A DNA stretch of 11,618 nucleotides from Candidatus Thorarchaeota archaeon. Lineage in GTDB: Archaea; Asgardarchaeota; Thorarchaeia; Thorarchaeales; Thorarchaeaceae. Made by a program: the position numbers and the translations under genes. Below, in pieces: positions 6,303 through 11,618 of the stretch. Every line of letters begins with the position of its first letter. The stretch's first letter is position 1. The stretch lies in assembly GCA_016839445.1 (NCBI GenBank), contig JAEOUG010000168.1, forward strand, positions 1 to 11,618. The letters are read 5' to 3'. The notes beneath the pieces are model-generated. The model searched no databases, was not told the origin of the DNA, and saw only the letters and a list, made by a program, of their open reading frames with translations.

Positions 6303-8732
6303 TTGCCGCCGCTGTGGAAGAGGAAGATTGCTCTCACGATTCTTGCATTGCTTCTAGCCGCTCCAGTTGTACTCACGCTGGAGGGGCCGAGTGAGTTCAG
6401 CAGGAGCCCTTCAGAGAAAGATGCCCTTCGGATGCCACTCGAATCAGATCTGATTGAACATGCAGCAATCACCATCCACAACGATTCGGAGCTCGCTGGT
6501 CAAGGCTGGCCTGGCAACGGAAGTGTATCTAATCCATTTGTCATATCCAGCCTGAATATCACCACCAACGGCACCTGCTTGGCAATCATGAATACACGGG
6601 CACATGTTCTGGTCAATGAGTGCATATTCACGAGAGCAGCATCCGAAGACGGCACTAGCATCTTCCTGGGAAATGTCACCCATTGCTCAGTCACGCACTG
6701 CCAGATTGCAGGCGGCTCGTTTACCATCGACCACTCCTACTACTGCAGCATCACACGGTGCAACGTAAGTGGATGCGTAGAGGGAATCTACTTCTACACT
6801 GTATCATACAGCAATGCAACCGAGAACCGGGTCTATGACTGTGGTACTGGTATCAAGTGTCGCTTGGTCGCCGAGAACCTCATCATGCACAACCAGGTGT
6901 TTCGCTGTGGGAGCGGTATTCACAGCAACTACGAGAATGATGATTACCCAGCCTACTATCTGAATAACACGGTCAGCAACTGCACGAGAGGACTGTATAT
7001 TGAGAATGGAGGTGTATTCAGGAACAATGCGATTCATGACTGCCATACGGCTGTCAAGATCGGCTTTGGATATCTGAGCGTCGTAGAGAACAACTCCATC
7101 GACACATTCTCTCACTACGGCATCTATGCAGACTGGTCAGACAGGTCCACAATCGCCAACAACTCGATTATCGGGGGAAGTACTGCAGGCATTGTGCTAT
7201 CGCACTGTGAGGAGTGTGTTGTCATGAACAACCTCCTGACGGCGTGTGGCCTCTCGCTCGGGGAGTTCTACCTGAGCGACTCCCCACGCTATCGGACGAC
7301 CACAATAGAAGGGAACCTTGTGAACGGCAAGAGCCTCGTGTACATCAGCAACCTCACAGGCGGCTCGATAGTGATGGCGGACTACGGCCAGCTGATAGCT
7401 GTTAACTGCTCCAATCTAGTGCTTACCGGTGGCTTCTTCGAGAACGTCTGCGATGCCGTGTTGCTTGCATACTGTACCTCGATTCAGATTTCCTCCATAA
7501 TGGTAGTGGGGGGCTCACCCGGGGTATGCAACGGAGTATCACTCTTCGAGTCGACGGGGTGCACAATCGAGGATTCCGATTTCTTCCAAGCCGGCATCAA
7601 TATCGCAGGAAGGGTTTCTGAATCATGGAATCACTCTGTGTCAAACTGCTACTGCAATGGCAAGGAACTCAGACTCGTGCACGGCGAGTCAGGATTGGTT
7701 CTCGATGCTGATGACTTTGGCCAGCTGATACTGGCCAACTGCAATGATACTGAGGTCAGAGATGGAACTATCGCAGACGGGGTTACGGGAATAGTCCTCG
7801 GATTCTGTCAGGACTGCCGGGTTGTAAACGTAACAACGGTCGGTCACTCGGACAGTGGAATACGGGTCTCCTGCTCCGAGGACTGCATAGTTGAGCTATG
7901 CCACGTTTCAGACTGCAGATATGGACTCCACCCGTACTTGTCAGACCATTCCCACTTCAGAAACTGCACTGTAGAGAGAAACGAAGTAGGGGTATACTAC
8001 TGGGGAGGGATGGAGTCGAGGGTCTACTACAACCTGATTAGGCAGAATGAGCTCAATGCCAGATCCACTTCGATAAGCAGCTACTGGGATGACGGGTTGT
8101 GTCTCGGCAACTTCTGGGACGACTACGATGGAGTCGATTTCTACGAGATTTACCATGATTTCTCGAGCGGGACGGGGTATTACGACATTGTTGACAGATT
8201 CCCCAACGGAACGAGGCATGATTGGGATGCTCCGGTGATAACGGTCGTTCCCGAAGACCTCGAATACATCGACGATGGAGTCACGCATCACATCCTTCAG
8301 TGGGACGTGGAAGATGAGCACTCTGGTCGCTATCAGATCTTCTTGGATGGCGAGCTGATTAGATACGGCTGGTGGTGGCCGTACCCAGACACCTACGGAG
8401 GACCCATTGTGGCCATCTATCCGGGACTGGAGCCGGGTACACACAATGTCACGATACTTGTCGAGGACCTAGGTGCCTTCTTCGCATCGGCGACCACGTA
8501 CGTAACCGTTCTGCCCAGTACTACTACCAGCACAACCACAACCCAGACAACTACTACAAACACAGGCACGACCACGACCACTTCTGGTACCGGGACAACC
8601 TCTAACACCAACGGGACCCAAGGAAGCGCAATGCAGATTATCCTCTTGCTGACTAGTGTGGCTAGCGTTGTCGTGATTGTAGTATTCGGCGGGCTATCCA
8701 CCAGAAGGTTGAGGCGCAAGGGTTTCGCGTGA
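6303..8732 (+). CDS. Cell-surface right-handed parallel beta-helix (NosD-like/CASH) protein with Ig-like domain, Thr-rich stalk and C-terminal TM anchor
   Basis: Signal peptide, N-cap GWPGNGSVSNPFVI and many GIxl...N..I..N repeats. It also has a WDDG..GNFWDDY...DRFP cap, a Thr-rich linker (about 8520-8620) and a TM helix followed by RRLRRK. Confidence 0.88.
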   Translation: MPPLWKRKIALTILALLLAAPVVLTLEGPSEFSRSPSEKDALRMPLESDLIEHAAITIHNDSELAGQGWPGNGSVSNPFVISSLNITTNGTCLAIMNTRAHVLVNECIFTRAASEDGTSIFLGNVTHCSVTHCQIAGGSFTIDHSYYCSITRCNVSGCVEGIYFYTVSYSNATENRVYDCGTGIKCRLVAENLIMHNQVFRCGSGIHSNYENDDYPAYYLNNTVSNCTRGLYIENGGVFRNNAIHDCHTAVKIGFGYLSVVENNSIDTFSHYGIYADWSDRSTIANNSIIGGSTAGIVLSHCEECVVMNNLLTACGLSLGEFYLSDSPRYRTTTIEGNLVNGKSLVYISNLTGGSIVMADYGQLIAVNCSNLVLTGGFFENVCDAVLLAYCTSIQISSIMVVGGSPGVCNGVSLFESTGCTIEDSDFFQAGINIAGRVSESWNHSVSNCYCNGKELRLVHGESGLVLDADDFGQLILANCNDTEVRDGTIADGVTGIVLGFCQDCRVVNVTTVGHSDSGIRVSCSEDCIVELCHVSDCRYGLHPYLSDHSHFRNCTVERNEVGVYYWGGMESRVYYNLIRQNELNARSTSISSYWDDGLCLGNFWDDYDGVDFYEIYHDFSSGTGYYDIVDRFPNGTRHDWDAPVITVVPEDLEYIDDGVTHHILQWDVEDEHSGRYQIFLDGELIRYGWWWPYPDTYGGPIVAIYPGLEPGTHNVTILVEDLGAFFASATTYVTVLPSTTTSTTTTQTTTTNTGTTTTTSGTGTTSNTNGTQGSAMQIILLLTSVASVVVIVVFGGLSTRRLRRKGFA

Positions 8733-8739
8733 ACCACAA

Positions 8740-8754
8740 CACTAGGGCCTAGTG
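8740..8754. other. Perfect inverted repeat CACTAGG-G-CCTAGTG just after the beta-helix gene
   Basis: 7-bp arms with a 1-nt spacer, starting 8 nt after the stop. It could be a terminator, processing signal or operator. Confidence 0.35.
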
Positions 8755-8894
8755 AGTCTCCCTCTGTACACAACAGCCCAGACCCCAACGACGACACCCG
8801 CAATCCCATCGGTCCCACACTCGAGCTCGTCTTTGAAGAGCTTGTACTTCGCATGCTGGGGTTCGCGAAAAGCTAACTGCCCAGTAAACAACAT
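8742..8894 (-). pseudogene. 50-codon ORF resembling a remnant of a membrane-anchored surface-protein gene
   Basis: MLFTGQLAFREPQHAKYKLFKDELECGTDGIAGVVVGVWAVVYRGRLTRP*, with a short hydrophobic stretch and basic tail. Confidence 0.25.
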
Positions 8895-8939
8895 GGCTTT
8901 TATGCGCCAGAAGCCCAGAGGTGGTTTGAGAAACGTGAA

Positions 8940-9401
8940 ATGACTGAATCTGAGGAGCGATATTCTGATTACCTTAGCCTTGTATCTAACATAAATAGCA
9001 TGGCTGCAGTCTTCGCTGGTTTCATCATTACCATCCTCACCTTACTCCTCACCCAACTCCCTCCAACGTCTCTCAGCGACGCCATCATTCAGTTGATTCT
9101 CCTCTTCTTGGCTCTGTTGTTTCATTTTTGGGTCTTCTTGGTTGGAGTCAACTTGATTGGAGCTTTCCTCACCGTTCGCACGATCCCCTCTTCAGTAAAG
9201 ACTTCAGCGCGATCCATCCCCATCTTCATCATCGCCTATTGGGCCATGGGAATGGCCATCCCCCTTTTGTTCCTGATTTGGGCCTTGTTTCTCCTGGCAA
9301 TCTTGGCAACGGCCATTTGGACTCTCTTCTTCATTGTATCGATACTTGCCCAATATGAACCACTGAAAGAATACCGAAGTGCCCGTGAAGCTCAACAGTG
9401 A
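8940..9401 (+). CDS. Hypothetical four-TM membrane protein
   Basis: 153 aa with four hydrophobic segments and polar termini. Confidence 0.8.
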   Translation: MTESEERYSDYLSLVSNINSMAAVFAGFIITILTLLLTQLPPTSLSDAIIQLILLFLALLFHFWVFLVGVNLIGAFLTVRTIPSSVKTSARSIPIFIIAYWAMGMAIPLLFLIWALFLLAILATAIWTLFFIVSILAQYEPLKEYRSAREAQQ

Positions 9402-9459
9402 AAGACTGAGTACCATATTCTAGATGAATAGCTAGCTGCTGTCTAGCTCAGAGAGTAGA

Positions 9460-9607
9460 AGAAGGTGGCGAGCATGCGGGAATCGTGGTAGGAGGGGGGA
9501 GTTTCGTAATTGAGGGCATGTAACGAAAAACTAGCCCACACGCTCGCCTTTGCATCCCAATTCACTGAGGAACGATGCCCTATGCCTCGACCCTCCGGTG
9601 AATTATC
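9460..9607 (-). ncRNA. Candidate structured ncRNA (~145 nt): two hairpins with complementary loops
   Basis: A 14-bp stem (9548-9535 with 9480-9467) pairs fully only on the minus strand, using two G:U. There is an inner stem (9532-9521 with 9509-9500) and a 5' hairpin (9604-9559). The loops AGGGCA(U) and (A)UGCCCU are complementary. TATA CTTTAAAT lies about 25 nt upstream and a pyrimidine tail follows. Confidence 0.65.
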
Positions 9608-9626
9608 TGAAGGAAACCGAGGTAGG

Positions 9627-9640
9627 ATTTAAAGTTTACT
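9627..9640 (-). promoter_or_regulatory. BRE/TATA promoter for the candidate ncRNA
   Basis: Minus strand reads AGTAAA-CTTTAAAT. The predicted TSS near 9606-9607 coincides with the base of the first hairpin. Confidence 0.55.
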
Positions 9641-9813
9641 TTAATGACGCCGTTCCAATTCCTCTATTGATTATTGAAAGATTTACGGCCCCTCTCGTGC
9701 TCGTCTATTGGAGTTCTGGTCCAACACGCATGAGTGCCGCATGAGCAATCTGGAGACTTAAAGTCACCTAGCTTTAAGATGGCCCATCGACACAGATTTA
9801 TGGTACGCCTTCG

Positions 9814-9837
9814 CGACATGTTCTGTTGTACATATCG
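9814..9837. promoter_or_regulatory. ModE-like palindromic operator CGACATGT-N8-ACATATCG
   Basis: Arms match at 7/8 and the CG-to-CG span is 24 bp, as in ModE boxes. It sits between a TATA-like TTTATG (9797-9802) and ATG 9855 of a molybdopterin-oxidoreductase-like gene. Confidence 0.55.
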
Positions 9838-9854
9838 AGAAGCGTGAATCGACA

Positions 9855-10856
9855 ATGGAAGGAAGACAGATCGCCGCTCTAGCAATAACAGCAATACTAC
9901 TGGTCACCGGAGTTGCCGCCCTGGTAGTGTTTCTCCCTGACACAGGGAACGGAAATGCGACCACCACAACGGATCCAGACACCGATCCCAGTGCAAGCGT
10001 CATTGTGACAATAGGAGAGAGTTCGGAAATGTACAATTTCTCGGAGCTAAAGGAGCTTCCATCTGTTACTGGTGAAGGGGGACACAGAAAGACCACCGGA
10101 ACCATCGTCGGGCCTTTCACCTACACGGGTGTGCCAATGTATACGCTACTGAACTCAGTTGCAGACGTCCCAGCTGGCTACACGCTGGAAGTGATTTCCC
10201 GTGATGGGTACACTACCTACTTCACTCGAGCTCAAGTGGAAGGCAGATTCGATGGTTACTCACCGACTGGAGAGCCTATCGGGATAATCAACTGCACCCT
10301 CATTCTCGCCTACTACGAGGACTCAGAGCCACTGCCGGAGGGAGGGCCACTCAGGGTGGTCACACTGAATGATGATGGAAACCTGACAGATGGGCACTTC
10401 TGGGCAAAGGATGTCGTGAACATTACTCTCATCGATGAGGTGGAACCCTGGGAACTTGAACTGATGGGAGTGGAATCTCTGAACCTGACACACGACGAGT
10501 ACTACTCGGTAGCCTCGTGTCCTCATCATGCAAGAGACATCGCCGTTGGGGCAGACGTATACTCAGGAGTAGCTCTCTGGACTATCGTCGCGGCCATGGA
10601 CGGTGCAGATGATGACCACTTCCTGTTCAATGGATCCTTGGCCGTCGAGGGCTATGATCTTGTCGTCAGCGACGGTGAAGGCAACAACGTCACAATCAGC
10701 TCGATCACCTTGGCCTACAACTACTCAATCATAGTTGCGGGTTGGCTCAATGGCAGCTTGCTTCAAGCCCCTGAGTGGCCCCTCGCCCTTGTGACGTCTG
10801 CTGGTGTCTTGATAGGCAATATCGTCAGCATGGAAATGGTGTTCTCTGAGGAGTAG
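9855..10856 (+). CDS. Membrane-anchored extracellular protein with two molybdopterin-dependent oxidoreductase (sulfite oxidase/MsrP-like) domains
   Basis: N-terminal TM and T/D linker. Domain 1 has YTGVPMYTLL, SRDGYTTYF, ILAYYEDSEPL..GGPLRVV and WAKDVVNI. Domain 2 has YSGVALWTIV and IIVAGWLNG..L..PEWPLALV. Confidence 0.8.
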   Translation: MEGRQIAALAITAILLVTGVAALVVFLPDTGNGNATTTTDPDTDPSASVIVTIGESSEMYNFSELKELPSVTGEGGHRKTTGTIVGPFTYTGVPMYTLLNSVADVPAGYTLEVISRDGYTTYFTRAQVEGRFDGYSPTGEPIGIINCTLILAYYEDSEPLPEGGPLRVVTLNDDGNLTDGHFWAKDVVNITLIDEVEPWELELMGVESLNLTHDEYYSVASCPHHARDIAVGADVYSGVALWTIVAAMDGADDDHFLFNGSLAVEGYDLVVSDGEGNNVTISSITLAYNYSIIVAGWLNGSLLQAPEWPLALVTSAGVLIGNIVSMEMVFSEE

Positions 10857-10888
10857 CCAAATCCTAACGAGCAATCTACACGATGGCG

Positions 10889-11170
10889 TCAGGCAGCTGG
10901 TTTCTTCGGGGCTATCCATGTGTCGCGGTATATCCAGACCTCGCCGATGGATCCCCTCTTGCCCTCGCCCTGTGGAAGTCGCCCTCTGAGAGTCTTCCTG
11001 AACGGTGTGAGAGTAATCCCGAAACTTGTCATTTCACCATGTGAGAGACTGAATCCGCCCTTGTATCTTCCAGGCTCAAGGCGGTAGAAGTCAGCGACAT
11101 ACTTCGGTACATAGAAGCCAAGATGCTTCTTGTCATACTCGTTCAATCTAGCTATGAATCTGATTGGCAT
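10889..11170 (-). CDS. Small basic hypothetical protein, AbrB/SpoVT-like swapped-hairpin candidate
   Basis: HLGFYVPKYVADFYRLEPG resembles the AbrB/MazE motif (xIPKx+R+xxxLxPG). SD AAGGAG at 11187-11182. Confidence 0.65.
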   Translation of the reverse strand: MPIRFIARLNEYDKKHLGFYVPKYVADFYRLEPGRYKGGFSLSHGEMTSFGITLTPFRKTLRGRLPQGEGKRGSIGEVWIYRDTWIAPKKPAA

Positions 11171-11311
11171 TATTCTGCTCGCTCCTTAGAATACTCCACA
11201 TTCAGTTGGAGGAGCAGACATATCTCACTTGCGCAGTGTCAAATCCGGCCACAGGGGCTGCAAAGAGCCAGCATACGGACAGGCGGTCAGGAATCGACCA
11301 TATGGGGCAAC

Positions 11312-11354
11312 AAGAAAGAGGAGAGGAAGAGGGGAACTGCTGGCCCCTCACCCT
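11312..11354 (-). terminator. Hairpin plus pyrimidine tract after the tes-like gene
   Basis: Minus strand GAGGGG-CCAGCAGTT-CCCCTC, then TTCCTCTCCTCTTTCTT. Confidence 0.6.
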
Positions 11355-11360
11355 TTCGCT

Positions 11361-11618
11361 CTAGCCCTGATAGGGCTTGCTGATGCTCTCTTCTTCGACT
11401 TTGTCGGGCTTGTGGCCAGTGCGCCACTCCTCGAGGGTCTTGGAGAACTTCTCCTCCACTCTCGAGCGATGAATAGTGTTCATGGTGCAGAACGGAATGA
11501 TGCGGCCATCAGGGACTGCGTAGTTGATGTCGCAGTGTTGGACCCTCTCAAGATCGAAGTTGTAGGGGTCCTGGAAGTGCATCATACCAATCATGATGAC
11601 TCGGCGCATGAACTTGGC
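11361..11618 (-). CDS. tes: 3' end (partial) of a radical SAM protein, tetraether lipid synthase Tes / GDGT-MAS (MJ0619 family)
   Basis: C-terminal signature MHFQDPYNFDLERVQHCDINYAVPDGRIIPFCTMN. The frame stays open to the window edge (AKFMRRV...). A Tes-like paralogue cannot be excluded from this fragment. Confidence 0.8.
   Translation of the reverse strand, partial: AKFMRRVIMIGMMHFQDPYNFDLERVQHCDINYAVPDGRIIPFCTMNTIHRSRVEEKFSKTLEEWRTGHKPDKVEEESISKPYQG

Noticed and set aside
6303-8732. True nosD (nitrous oxide reductase maturation)
   Set aside because: No nos genes nearby, and the architecture is that of a generic anchored beta-helix surface protein.
7941-8854. Minus-strand ORFs 7941-8444 and 8417-8854 (Val-rich)
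   Set aside because: These are antisense shadows of the beta-helix gene. The poly-Val stretch is the reverse complement of the Thr codon run.
9531-9560. GGGAUGCAAAG between two hairpins resembles the c-di-GMP-I (GEMM) riboswitch junction GGGACGCAAAG
   Set aside because: There is no GGCAAA 5' strand, GNRA tetraloop/receptor or closing P1, and no same-strand downstream gene to regulate.
9652-9760. CRISPR array
   Set aside because: Only one repeat-like unit, with no regular repeat-spacer periodicity and no cas genes. Kept only as a low-confidence finding.
9550-9894. ORFs 9550-9744 (+) and 9664-9894 (-) in the intergenic gap
   Set aside because: Both have non-ATG starts and no recognisable protein features, and they overlap promoter, operator and RNA-structure elements.
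608-11383. Remaining short ORFs in the six-frame track (e.g. 608-802, 2552-2830, 3826-4203, 5784-6107, 6137-6481, 9764-10120, 11123-11383)
   Set aside because: They overlap better-supported genes in another frame or strand and show no motifs.

Overview
An archaeal chromosomal window. Gene content and style suggest Asgard archaea, probably Thorarchaeota (inference from the tandem Lrp/AsnC regulator, NosD-type beta-helix surface protein, TM+basic-tail anchors, TATA-box promoters and Tes lipid synthase). It holds the end of a membrane-anchored surface protein, a secreted Zn-dependent phospholipase C/P1-nuclease-fold protein fused to a GIFT/DUF4350-like domain, a PhzF-family isomerase, an ICMT/PEMT-type methyltransferase, a double Lrp/AsnC regulator, a beta-helix surface protein, a protein with two sulfite-oxidase-like domains, several hypotheticals and the 3' end of tetraether lipid synthase (Tes/MJ0619 family). 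The most notable signal lies in the ORF-free gap 9402-9854: a candidate ~145-nt minus-strand ncRNA with its own TATA/BRE promoter, two long hairpins whose loops are complementary (kissing loop) and an exposed C-rich anti-SD-like bulge. The same gap contains a ModE-type operator and a solitary CRISPR-repeat-like 29-mer. No mobile element, CRISPR array, tRNA or rRNA was seen. All calls come from manual reading; no database searches were run.
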